The translations under genes were made by a program, and so were the position numbers. A stretch of 38,130 nt of DNA from a virus (lineage: Duplodnaviria > Caudoviricetes), in IMG/VR virus record IMGVR_UViG_3300014208_001454, positions 1 to 38,130 of that record. One strand, 5' to 3'. The stretch's first letter is position 1, and each line of letters starts with the position of its first letter. Under the pieces are notes generated by a model. The model saw only the letters and a program-made list of their open reading frames with translations. It ran no database searches and was not told where the DNA came from. Below, one piece after another: positions 10,852 to 19,766 of this stretch.

Positions 10852-11420
10852 TTGCCTATTCTCCAGTAAATTGATGCTTGTATTGAATTATTCGAGTGAT
10901 ATCCAATCCGATAAGCATACCTGTCTCTGCTCAATAAAAATTCAGGGCCAACTGATGGCGATCCCCCTGTAACACCATCAGTCAACCCAATCCCAACATA
11001 CCATCGATTACGAACTTCTACCGGCTCTACAATGGTTGTATTTATGACGGTGGTTGGTCTGAGCAGGCGGTAATCGAATCCTTGCCAGGTAAGTTTGTTT
11101 GTATAAACAGAATCTTTTAATGTAAGAGTAATGTTTGAATCGGAGTACTCCTGTTGATAATACCTGACAGTATAGTGTTCCTTGATTAATATTGAATCTG
11201 GTAGGCTAAATGAGTCAATTGATCCTGAATTTAATTCAGGTAGTCGAATACTTTCACTTATCGGTTTTGGTAATGGTATTTCTACCTGATGCCATTGAGT
11301 ATCATAAACCAATACGGTTGTAGTTATAAACTTTGGATCCGGAAGGATCGGTGAACAGGCACGCTGGATTAACAATACAATCACCAGTCCTAATGCAATT
11401 ATCCATCCTGCGTACTTCAT
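10848..11420 (-). CDS. Putative spanin-like lysis protein
   Basis: N-terminal hydrophobic segment ending in Cys (IQRAC); C-terminal amphipathic beta-strands ending YWRIGK; in lysis cassette. Confidence 0.5.
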   Translation of the reverse strand: MKYAGWIIALGLVIVLLIQRACSPILPDPKFITTTVLVYDTQWHQVEIPLPKPISESIRLPELNSGSIDSFSLPDSILIKEHYTVRYYQQEYSDSNITLTLKDSVYTNKLTWQGFDYRLLRPTTVINTTIVEPVEVRNRWYVGIGLTDGVTGGSPSVGPEFLLSRDRYAYRIGYHSNNSIQASIYWRIGK

Positions 11421-11767
11421 CGGTTTGAGGTTTTAAATCCTGCAATAAAACATAGGAGTAATACAGGGAAGTAGGATAGTTTAAATGCCCAGTGTAATGC
11501 TTGCTCTTGTCCGAATAATGCTATCAACACAATGGAGCCAGTAAATAAAATTACCATCGCCCATTTACAAATGTGCCATCCATTAATGGCTGCCTGCATG
11601 ATTTTTTCAGCAATAGTATGATTATCATCGTACCGATCCATCCACGAATCCCTGCTCCAGAAATGTCCCCAATGTTTATATCCGTCGTGATGATCAATGG
11701 AGTCCATTACTCCATTTAGAAGTCCACATATCCATAATATGATCATCGTTATGTAGTAAATAATCAT
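11417..11767 (-). CDS. Membrane protein (about 3 TM) in lysis cassette
   Basis: Three hydrophobic segments; overlapping start/stop codons with neighbours. Confidence 0.65.
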   Translation of the reverse strand: MIIYYITMIILWICGLLNGVMDSIDHHDGYKHWGHFWSRDSWMDRYDDNHTIAEKIMQAAINGWHICKWAMVILFTGSIVLIALFGQEQALHWAFKLSYFPVLLLCFIAGFKTSNR

Positions 11768-12213
11768 TGTATTTCAGCTTTAATTGCCTTGTACTTCACA
11801 TGCCACAATACAGGATTGGTAATGTTCAATGGAACGTCAAAATGAATAGCATCCTTCTTCTTAAATGCATCGCCCCATCTTAATCCACACGTATCAACAA
11901 CTTCAATGCAAAATGCCTCATCAGGTCCTTTATCATCTCTTAATTTGGCATTATTGAACCATTCTCCAGTTGACTTCTTTTTAAGGTTAAAATCAATGGC
12001 ATATCCAATAAAATGATTTGACATCTTTGATGGCGGCACAACGGCTCCGACTACATCCATTCCATGGCGTATTGAATCCATCACCACCACAATAATTCCG
12101 TGTTTTGCGGCAACATCATTCATTTTAATGAATCTTGGATGTACCTCCTCATCGAGCATAATTTTCTCACCATTGTACCCTTCAAAATTTGATGCTTTGA
12201 ATTCTTTAATCAT
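11764..12213 (-). CDS. Endolysin, peptidase M15 family
   Basis: Zn-binding SNH-x4-AID motif, GLRWG and DAIHF. Confidence 0.85.
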   Translation of the reverse strand: MIKEFKASNFEGYNGEKIMLDEEVHPRFIKMNDVAAKHGIIVVVMDSIRHGMDVVGAVVPPSKMSNHFIGYAIDFNLKKKSTGEWFNNAKLRDDKGPDEAFCIEVVDTCGLRWGDAFKKKDAIHFDVPLNITNPVLWHVKYKAIKAEIQ

Positions 12214-12440
12214 AACTGCTGGGATTTCCTACCAATGAATTTGCGTAAAGCTCCGCGCAAGTCGTCCGGTATGAGCAAAAGGGACAAACCTATAATTCCG
12301 ATCGATCCTGGAATCCAATAATTCAATTCAACCTTCACCGCAACGAACATTGGAGTGATGAACATAACCAAGCAGGTTATGATCAGACCGGCACCCATAA
12401 TTGTTGTAACCGGATTAATTTTGGGGTTTAAATTTCTCAT
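12210..12440 (-). CDS. Putative holin (2 TM)
   Basis: Two TM segments and basic C-terminus; directly upstream of endolysin. Confidence 0.6.
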   Translation of the reverse strand: MRNLNPKINPVTTIMGAGLIITCLVMFITPMFVAVKVELNYWIPGSIGIIGLSLLLIPDDLRGALRKFIGRKSQQL

Positions 12441-12630
12441 GGTTTGCTTTTAAATATTTATACCATGTCAGCAGGCCTATACTTATTGCAACCAGAGCTG
12501 CGACAAGTTGAAACACTGGAAGTACGGCAACAACGATTGAAACGAATGCGGCACCTGTGGAAGCAAGGAAGGCCAGTAATAATGATAATGTCTTCATAGA
12601 TTTCATTGCAGGGGTAAAAAATCTGTACAT
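12415..12630 (-). CDS. Putative holin / antiholin (2 TM)
   Basis: Hydrophobic small ORF; alternative starts at 12606 and 12597 (MKSMKT). Confidence 0.5.
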   Translation of the reverse strand: MYRFFTPAMKSMKTLSLLLAFLASTGAAFVSIVVAVLPVFQLVAALVAISIGLLTWYKYLKANHEKFKPQN

Positions 12631-12694
12631 TCAACTTGAGCGGACGTTACTATCACACAATTAAAAAGTTTGCTTTTGTCTTGTTGGTATGACA

Positions 12695-13702
12695 TCAGAA
12701 TGTAAAAGTTTTAGAGTCTGAGGAATTAAAAGCGGGTTTATTGGTCAGATTAGAATATGTATCCGACTCCAGGAACAGTGCGTATTTATCTGTATTGGCC
12801 ATAAGAAAACTAACCAATGCGTTTTTGTAACCGTCAGCAGCCAAGATTGCTTCCTTTTTAAGCGAAATCAATTGCTCAGCAGTTGCTGCATTTTGATGTT
12901 TACTTGTATCTGAACCTGTAGCAGATATTGATACAACCCGGTATCCTTCAGCATCTATTTTCACGGTCAACCGGCCAATACTTTTGACAATGGCAATATT
13001 GGCAACTGCGTCTTGAATGTATGGCACCAATTTTAGTTGATCTTCGGAAAGAGTAATTGTTTCCAGTTTTGTTTTCAGATCATCAAATAGCGATGCTCCA
13101 ATCAATGGCTTTATCTCAAACTTTTCAGCTTCGTTTATGAACGGTTTAAGCGCTTCATATGTTCTGCGTGATGAACCAATTGGATAACGCTCATTAAACT
13201 GCTCTGCGGTAGAAACAAAAAACTTATTCGCCTTTTTCTCAGAGTCAGAAGTTTTCCATTCAGCAAATTTGGCATGATCACGTTCTTCGATCAAATAATT
13301 GATCGCTTCCTCTATTGAATTATAACCGGTTTCCAGACGGGCATTTTCGTACTCGAGTTTTTGCCACTGGAAAATAGGCTTGGTATTATCTCCGGAAGTT
13401 TGGAAAATACCGGAATTACCCATTTGCACGATCAATGATGGCAACGCTTTGGCGAACGCCAAATGGGTAATTGCCGATTGTAAGTAACCAATTAACTGTG
13501 CCTCTTCATCCGTAATTGCCGGATCCGGATTGATTGCGCAATGTCTTTCCGCAAGTTCAGTGATGAATGTGCGACCAAATGTTTTTGTAATTATTCCATT
13601 CTGAAGTTCTGAAAGAGCACCTTCAATATACTCATACCTAAAATTCGAGTTTAGAGTTAAATGCAGTTGCAGCTCGTTAAAATCCTTTACCAGATGGTTC
13701 AT
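12695..13702 (-). CDS. Putative head-tail adaptor (DUF6712-like)
   Basis: Internally duplicated helical protein (ITKTFGRTFITEL / IKPLIGASLFDDL) right after the portal. Confidence 0.6.
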   Translation of the reverse strand: MNHLVKDFNELQLHLTLNSNFRYEYIEGALSELQNGIITKTFGRTFITELAERHCAINPDPAITDEEAQLIGYLQSAITHLAFAKALPSLIVQMGNSGIFQTSGDNTKPIFQWQKLEYENARLETGYNSIEEAINYLIEERDHAKFAEWKTSDSEKKANKFFVSTAEQFNERYPIGSSRRTYEALKPFINEAEKFEIKPLIGASLFDDLKTKLETITLSEDQLKLVPYIQDAVANIAIVKSIGRLTVKIDAEGYRVVSISATGSDTSKHQNAATAEQLISLKKEAILAADGYKNALVSFLMANTDKYALFLESDTYSNLTNKPAFNSSDSKTFTF

Positions 13703-15009
13703 TCGGCATCTTTTGAATTAAGGGTTTGAATAAAGGGGGATGGATTTACGGCAAATTTTAGCCCCGGATGCCTTTTAAACCATTCGTTATACCGAGCAAC
13801 AAATACCAATGGTGCAAGGGTGATCATCTGATCTGCCATAAATGTTGCAGAGCTGATTTGAAAACTGTTTTTCTTTTCAGAGCCGGAGTTCATTGTACGG
13901 TTCTGATTGCTGAATCCCCCAACGGAAGATGCATCAACTCCCATTCCCTGATATATTGAATTGGCATAGAATTCCTGATCCGGGATCCAGGCACCTTTTT
14001 CCAGTTGGTTTTTTAAAGGCGTAATTTCTACTCCCGGTATTTTTTTCCCCTGACGGTCATACATTACACTGCTTGTGATCGTTTTGCCGGCATTGGCAGC
14101 TCCGGCCAAATACTCATCGATCTCGTTTTTCACCTCTGTCAATGCATCAGCATATCTTTTGGCATCATTCTGGATCTTTTCAAATTCTTTTTTACCAAAT
14201 CTGAATTGGAGATAATCTTCAGTAATCTCGATATGCCACATTGGAAGGATCTGGTTTTTCAGAATAGCCTTCAGCGTAGTTTTTAGGTCAGCAGCAATAG
14301 CAAGTGTTTCAGAGTTGATAAGAACTTCTACATTGGCCAACTCATAATAATAACGGCCATTTGAAACCGGGCGGATCCGTTGAATGTAATTGAATCCTTT
14401 TTTGCTCTGGAGATCCATCAAGGGAAAGCGAGAATTGAGTACCTCAACTTCGGTTCTGTCGGATTTACGATCAGCCTCCCAATCAGAATTAATGAAAAGT
14501 TTTTTGATTTCCCGGGACGAGGAGTCTTGTTTTCCCCACCGGCACCAGCTGGCATCATGCCGCATCAACCTTACTATTTTCTTGCGGTCATTTGAAAGAA
14601 TATGTTCCGGGAATATGTTGCCCAATGTCTCATAATCTTCAACAAACGCTTTAAAAAGCCATTCATTAACTTCATTCTCCAAAAACCAATCATCGATTTC
14701 TGAATCTTTAAAGTATTGGGCAAATGGCTGGCCGTCTTTTACTACTTCTTTATAATAAACTATACCAGCTCCAAGATGAACCGACTTGTTGAATTCACAT
14801 GCTCGGAATGCGATCTCGTTCTTGCCCAACTGAGTGATTATCTCTGCCGGCAGGGTATTGTCAGTTCCCCAGACAGCATAGTCAGCGCTGTCTGTTGCTG
14901 TTGGAGCAACCGGTTCCTTTTTGATTCCTTTCGAATCTGCTATGCTTAATAAGGATTGTTTTCCAGCAATCAAGCCACCTTTGAATCCGTATGATTGTTG
15001 ATTTGCCAT
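13699..15009 (-). CDS. Portal protein
   Basis: 436 aa; WGTDNTLP, LAGAANAGK and SGSEK motifs typical of Bacteroidota phage portals. Confidence 0.75.
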   Translation of the reverse strand: MANQQSYGFKGGLIAGKQSLLSIADSKGIKKEPVAPTATDSADYAVWGTDNTLPAEIITQLGKNEIAFRACEFNKSVHLGAGIVYYKEVVKDGQPFAQYFKDSEIDDWFLENEVNEWLFKAFVEDYETLGNIFPEHILSNDRKKIVRLMRHDASWCRWGKQDSSSREIKKLFINSDWEADRKSDRTEVEVLNSRFPLMDLQSKKGFNYIQRIRPVSNGRYYYELANVEVLINSETLAIAADLKTTLKAILKNQILPMWHIEITEDYLQFRFGKKEFEKIQNDAKRYADALTEVKNEIDEYLAGAANAGKTITSSVMYDRQGKKIPGVEITPLKNQLEKGAWIPDQEFYANSIYQGMGVDASSVGGFSNQNRTMNSGSEKKNSFQISSATFMADQMITLAPLVFVARYNEWFKRHPGLKFAVNPSPFIQTLNSKDAE

Positions 15010-15359
15010 TAATAAAGGACTTGTTGATTATTGAATTCCAAAATGCCACGAAACCGAATCTTCCGGATATCGCCATTGAGAAGTTTTATATTTCGGGTTT
15101 TGTTACGGCGATGGTATGGGTTTCGGGAAATGTTTGAAGCTCCTTGCTTCACATCCAAATTTGCTTTGTCAGCTGATTGTGGTTGTTCTGTAGGCTGATC
15201 TTTATCGGATGATAAAACGACATGCTTATATTCAATGATCTTACCACCTTCTGCGCGCATGCGACTGAATTGGCAGTACTTTAAATCAAATGGAATGAAT
15301 TTCCCCGTTTTCAGGTCAGTGGCTTCCATTTGCCTTAAAGCTTCTTTGAGTGTAATCAC
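15009..15359 (-). CDS. Hypothetical phage protein
   Basis: Basic ORF (NPYHRRNKTRNI) with GTG start just after a promoter motif; coupled to portal. Confidence 0.65.
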   Translation of the reverse strand: MITLKEALRQMEATDLKTGKFIPFDLKYCQFSRMRAEGGKIIEYKHVVLSSDKDQPTEQPQSADKANLDVKQGASNISRNPYHRRNKTRNIKLLNGDIRKIRFRGILEFNNQQVLY

Positions 15360-15363
15360 AACT

Positions 15364-15397
15364 CAAAGTTCCTTTGGATAGAAAATTAAAAAAGGAC
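15364..15397 (-). promoter_or_regulatory. Phage promoter motif copy 2 (GTCCTTT-N19-GAACTTTG)
   Basis: Repeated bipartite motif. Confidence 0.65.
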
Positions 15398-15421
15398 AGC
15401 AGGTGAGGTAAACCCTCTTTT

Positions 15422-15490
15422 GCTACTTTTCTGGGGTCACAGAAAAGTAGCCGGAACGTGCCGAAAACCCGCCTGAAAAGGTGGGTTTTC
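15422..15490. terminator. Two tandem hairpins downstream of the JAB gene
   Basis: GCTACTTTTCTG-N6-CAGAAAAGTAGC (perfect 12 bp, 15422-15451) and GAAAACCCGCCT-GAAA-AGGTGGGTTTTC (15463-15490). Confidence 0.6.
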
Positions 15491-15509
15491 TTGCATTAGG
15501 CGAATGTTC

Positions 15510-15956
15510 CTACATTAAACCATCATCGGCAAAGCTGAAATATTCCGAATCGGATATAATCAAATGATCCATAACCATAATTTCAAGCAAATTTCCTGCA
15601 TCTTTCAGTTTTTTGGTAATGGCAAGATCGGCTGAACTTGGTTTCATATTCCCGCTTGGGTGGTTGTGAGCCAAAACAATACTATGCGCACCCGTATTTA
15701 ATGCGGTTGTAAATATGACTTTACTATCTACTACAGTTCCAGAGCAGCCACCCTCAGAAACTTTGTAGTACCCTACAACCTTATTATTTCTGTTAAGGCA
15801 AAGCATATGGAATTCTTCTTTCCAATTGATTGTTGAAGGGTCAAAACATTGCATTAAAACTGTATGGCAGTCCTTTGAGTTTAATACCTGGACTAAATCC
15901 CGTTTGAGGGTTTGCGGTTCAAAAGCAACTGAAATTTTAATTTGTGGAATTATCAT
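15510..15956 (-). CDS. radC: RadC-like JAB domain protein
   Basis: E...HNHPSG..PS.AD...DHLII JAB metallo motif; stand-alone domain. Confidence 0.92.
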   Translation of the reverse strand: MIIPQIKISVAFEPQTLKRDLVQVLNSKDCHTVLMQCFDPSTINWKEEFHMLCLNRNNKVVGYYKVSEGGCSGTVVDSKVIFTTALNTGAHSIVLAHNHPSGNMKPSSADLAITKKLKDAGNLLEIMVMDHLIISDSEYFSFADDGLM

Positions 15957-16294
15957 TTCTCTGATCTCCTTTCAACTTGGGCGTTGCTGAATAGGTAGCA
16001 AATAGGGTAATACTCGTATTTGTCGGTTTCTTCTGTCTTTTCAACCTTTTGCACTTCCTTAGGTTTTGCCCAAACAATAAAGGCCTTTTCTCCTTTTCTG
16101 ACTGCGTAACCGTCCTTTAACCATTGGTTAAAGGTTCTGAATTCTTGATGTTCACCTTGTCTGTAATGCGCTATAATAGCCTCGTTAATGCTATTGAATT
16201 CTCCTTCTTTCACTTTCTCGGATACTGAACCGGATAAGTCTTTTAAGAATTGGCGTTTTTGTTGAATTGGGGTTTTAGCTATATTTGTACTCAT
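15953..16294 (-). CDS. ArdC N-terminal-like ssDNA-binding domain protein
   Basis: FRTFNQWLKDGYAVRKGEKA and terminal LFSNAQV motifs; no metalloprotease domain. Confidence 0.75.
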   Translation of the reverse strand: MSTNIAKTPIQQKRQFLKDLSGSVSEKVKEGEFNSINEAIIAHYRQGEHQEFRTFNQWLKDGYAVRKGEKAFIVWAKPKEVQKVEKTEETDKYEYYPICYLFSNAQVERRSEK

Positions 16295-16297
16295 GAT

Positions 16298-16315
16298 TCT
16301 GTTTTTTGAATGACA
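16298..16315 (-). repeat. 18-bp leader repeat TGTCATTCAAAAAACAGA, copy 1
   Basis: Identical to 16774-16791; both sit immediately before start codons. Confidence 0.85.
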
Positions 16316-16331
16316 TTAAGGAATAGAATTT

Positions 16332-16364
16332 AACGCCCGAAAGCTCACGCGATCGGGCGTTTTT
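16332..16364 (+). terminator. Intrinsic terminator on the antisense (+) strand
   Basis: AACGCCCGA..TCGGGCGTT 9-bp stem running into a T tract on +. Confidence 0.55.
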
Positions 16365-16369
16365 GTTAC

Positions 16370-16774
16370 TTAAATTTGGAAAGCAATAATTTGGTTTTCA
16401 AACTCTACAACCTGTTTTTTGATTTCATCAGTAATCTGACCAATTACAGATTTAATGATCAGGGGGTTTGATGTTTCAAAGCTGTTTCCATCAGCATCCC
16501 TCATATTCAGGCGTTGGCTATGACCATCGGAACTGAATTTAAAGTTTTCAAGTTTTCGCTGACTCTCAACGAATTTTTCATGTTTCTCACACAAATAGGA
16601 AAGCTCCTCTTGTTTAGCTTTTCGTTGCTGAACAGTAAGTACCTGTTTTGGCGTTGGTTCATCAATTTTACCGCTAGGGGTTACCTTAGCGTTTGATTTT
16701 TCAACTGTTAATTTTTGGCTTGGATTTACCGCAGCAGTTCCTTGAACTGGTTCGGCAGTTGTTTGATTTTTCAT
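16370..16774 (-). CDS. Hypothetical protein (~134 aa)
   Basis: ATG at 16774 (MKNQTT) preceded by the 18-bp repeat and a TATCTTTA -7-like box. Confidence 0.7.
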   Translation of the reverse strand: MKNQTTAEPVQGTAAVNPSQKLTVEKSNAKVTPSGKIDEPTPKQVLTVQQRKAKQEELSYLCEKHEKFVESQRKLENFKFSSDGHSQRLNMRDADGNSFETSNPLIIKSVIGQITDEIKKQVVEFENQIIAFQI

Positions 16775-16791
16775 CTGTTTTTTGAATGACA
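16774..16791 (-). repeat. 18-bp leader repeat TGTCATTCAAAAAACAGA, copy 2
   Basis: Identical to 16298-16315. Confidence 0.85.
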
Positions 16792-17247
16792 ATGTAAAGA
16801 TACTCCGAAAGCCCTGTATTTACAAGTGTTTGCAAGGTTTTTGTATAATTTTATTAACTTTAAAATATTGATAATCAATACATTATATATAGCATTCTGC
16901 AAATGGCATAATAAAAACAGCTATTTATTTGGTATTCAGTTATATATATCCTGTTTAATTGACTTTTCAAAAAGTCATCACACGGAAGAACCCGCCCACG
17001 CGCTGTGCGTCGGAAGCAATTGTAAACGCAAAATGTAGAAAAAAATGGACAGCGGTTTAGGGGTGCGCTTCGCGCTGTCCCACTACTGACGCGGGTTTGG
17101 TGGTGTGTTGGGTGCATAGCACGCCTATTAATGCAAGCAAATACCCTCAGGTATGTCACGCTTGCCGGTATATGATGCAATTGTTAAAGCGTTAGGGATA
17201 GGATAAGGTTACCGTGTAACCAAGATAGCCCGACCGAAGGGAACGCC

Positions 17248-18891
17248 CTATTGTTTCATCCCTATTAATCCAATATGGCCAGACATCTCTTCCATATTAT
17301 CTCTAAACTTTGAGAAGTAAAGGATATCAAAGCAATCTGTTATATGTGTTGCTTGTTGCTGTGGTATTACCCGACTACGTTCGGAGCTCTTGTCCTTTTG
17401 AAGTTCCCCTGATGATATCTTAATTGGGGTATTATACATTGCTATCAGTAGGTTCGGGCAATTCTCCTCGTTAATTCGCACCTTAGGTAAGCGTCGCTCA
17501 TTACCCGAGAGAGCTATGTTAAGGAATTCATACTTATCCCGGTGCCCTGGATTCTCATCAAATGACATTAGCCTAGGATGCCACCCTTTATCATATAGTA
17601 ATCGCTGTACCAGTTCGGCATAGGTTTCTTTTGAGTTAGCAACTGATGTGTTCCCGTTGCGATCATAGTACACATATATTGTTCTAGCTGTGTGCAGGCT
17701 ATAGTAATCGCTGAATTTATCTATTAAGTTATGAATAATCTCGTCATCTTCACGAAGAGCATAAAACTCCTTGAGTATGTTGTACCGGGAGCTTTCCTTA
17801 TCCTCCTGCCCTACCAATAGGCTGTTGATTTTACCCCAATCAATAACTATATCCAATGGCTGATCAGGATTGCAGTCAAGGTCGGCCACTGATTTATCCT
17901 TATCATCGGGAAGTTCGGCAGGGAACTTGTCTAGGTAGGTATAATTAAAGTCTGTATAAAAGTTGGCTTGTGATAGTTTATGATAAAACCTATCTCCCTT
18001 TTCCAGTCCCTTTGGCCGGCGGTTAAGGATAGATGTTTCAAAAACAAAGTCTGGTAGTAAGCGGCGTTGAGTCTCTATGTACTCCTTGCCAAGCATATCA
18101 ATATTGTCAAAACTTGTTGCTTCCATATAATGAAACAAATCGCTTCGAAGGGTATGTATTTGACGTTGATATCGGGCAATATCCTTAGCAAGATGAATCC
18201 TGTATGTTTCGGAGGTGCTTAAATTCATGCTGATCCTGCGCTCCTGGATTAATAGTTGCAGCTGCTCAATTAACTGAACGGCATCTGGATCACAGTTCTC
18301 TTCAGATTTTAAAATCCACTGTGCCTCCGGAGTGGTTGGCATGTCGGTAGTCCATGTTTGCATGCGGTACTCGATCTTATCTTCATACTGGATCATACCT
18401 CGGAGAGTGGGCATGATAGATTCATCCAAGTCTTCCTTATCTAGTAGTTTTGCCTCATCACCATGCAGGGATTGAAGATTTAAACCATTGGAATCGTTTT
18501 TACGGTCCTGGCTGCTCATAGATATTATTGCACCGGTAAACCAGTGAATAACATGCTCCCAATCATCAGGAGCCTCCTGTGGCATGTCAAAACGAAGTTT
18601 CTTATCGGCTTTTTTACCAATTACATAGTGAATTCCCTCTTTAAACCCAAGTATTGTCCAACCAACTTTAATTGCAGGTAATGTCCGGGTTTTGGTTTGC
18701 TTATAGGTTTTGGAAAGCAGCCCATTATTGGAATATGGCATTTGAATGCAACAATTGGCCATTCTAGGCGCGATTACTCCGGTAGATTTACCAGTACCAC
18801 GACCGGCAACATCAGTCAATATTTTAGCATAAACCATAAGCGCCCTGAGCTGCATACGGTTATAGTGCACTCTGACTTGGTTATTCTCCAT
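17248..18891 (-). CDS. terL: Terminase large subunit
   Basis: Walker A GRGTGKS, Walker B LHGDEA, nuclease acidic residues (VIDWG, HITDCFD); likely start MENNQ at 18891. Confidence 0.88.
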   Translation of the reverse strand: MENNQVRVHYNRMQLRALMVYAKILTDVAGRGTGKSTGVIAPRMANCCIQMPYSNNGLLSKTYKQTKTRTLPAIKVGWTILGFKEGIHYVIGKKADKKLRFDMPQEAPDDWEHVIHWFTGAIISMSSQDRKNDSNGLNLQSLHGDEAKLLDKEDLDESIMPTLRGMIQYEDKIEYRMQTWTTDMPTTPEAQWILKSEENCDPDAVQLIEQLQLLIQERRISMNLSTSETYRIHLAKDIARYQRQIHTLRSDLFHYMEATSFDNIDMLGKEYIETQRRLLPDFVFETSILNRRPKGLEKGDRFYHKLSQANFYTDFNYTYLDKFPAELPDDKDKSVADLDCNPDQPLDIVIDWGKINSLLVGQEDKESSRYNILKEFYALREDDEIIHNLIDKFSDYYSLHTARTIYVYYDRNGNTSVANSKETYAELVQRLLYDKGWHPRLMSFDENPGHRDKYEFLNIALSGNERRLPKVRINEENCPNLLIAMYNTPIKISSGELQKDKSSERSRVIPQQQATHITDCFDILYFSKFRDNMEEMSGHIGLIGMKQ

Positions 18892-19477
18892 TTGCTTCTG
18901 TAAATTCAGCATCCTCAGCAAAATCAGATAGGTTTTTGCGTCGTTGCACTTTGTTCCACAGGTCCGATACTTCGGAAGCGGGGATTCTCTTTACTCCAAG
19001 TATTTCCGGATCATACATAATAACCGGTTGTACAGCCAAACGTAATTCTTCCCAGTCAGGCATATCAATAGGATCGTGAGATGGATCCAGGTACTTTTGA
19101 ATGATTGCCTCCAGTTGGGCAACTTCTTTGTATTTACCTTCAGCAGCTGCAGCATAGGATTGTTTCTTAAGAAACTCAATCCGGATAATGCGCTCATAAG
19201 CGCGATTTGACTGCTTCATTTTGCCAAAAAACATCTCCGCACAACGTAAGTCCTGCCTAGCGCTGGTGTCGTTTAATGAATACCGAATTTTAAACAATTC
19301 ACGAACGAACTCCATCCCTTTGTGGTGATATTTCATTGTAAGTTCATGGGCCGTATTCCAGCGGTCAAAACTATCAACCAAATCCTGAGGGAACTGATCA
19401 TAAGAGTGCCCTTTTTGAAACAGGCGAATTGCCCGTTCTACTTTCTTATCCATATGGATTATCGATGGTTCAGGCAT
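18881..19477 (-). CDS. Putative terminase small subunit
   Basis: Helical 198 aa with HTH-like segment, directly upstream of and overlapping terL. Confidence 0.5.
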   Translation of the reverse strand: MPEPSIIHMDKKVERAIRLFQKGHSYDQFPQDLVDSFDRWNTAHELTMKYHHKGMEFVRELFKIRYSLNDTSARQDLRCAEMFFGKMKQSNRAYERIIRIEFLKKQSYAAAAEGKYKEVAQLEAIIQKYLDPSHDPIDMPDWEELRLAVQPVIMYDPEILGVKRIPASEVSDLWNKVQRRKNLSDFAEDAEFTEANGE

Positions 19478-19766
19478 CAGGACGGATTTGTTTAAGGTAT
19501 TGCACTTGCTTTGAGAATATTTTCAGCATTTCAGTTTGTGCAGGTCCGGATCCGCTGACTGCTGAATCAAATATGGAATTTCGGATAGTGAGCTGAGCCT
19601 TGAGGGTACCACGTTGAAAGGCCTGTACGGCAGGATGAGAGTCCATGCTGAAGATTCTTTCAAAACGAGGCTCATCTACACCTAGGATGGCAGCAATTTC
19701 CTTGATAAGGAAACCCCGACTGGCAAAGTTTTCTATTTCCTGGAGTTGTTCCTGGCTAATTTGCAT
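19470..19766 (-). CDS. Small HTH protein, packaging module
   Basis: FLIKEIAAILGVD HTH-like motif. Confidence 0.55.
   Translation of the reverse strand: MQISQEQLQEIENFASRGFLIKEIAAILGVDEPRFERIFSMDSHPAVQAFQRGTLKAQLTIRNSIFDSAVSGSGPAQTEMLKIFSKQVQYLKQIRPDA

Noticed and set aside
12631-12694. Sixth copy of the late promoter before the lysis genes
   Set aside because: Only a weak GTCATAC match and no correctly spaced -7 box
16826-17180. ORFs 16826..17038 and 16875..17180
   Set aside because: Atypical composition, overlapping each other in a region better explained as non-coding
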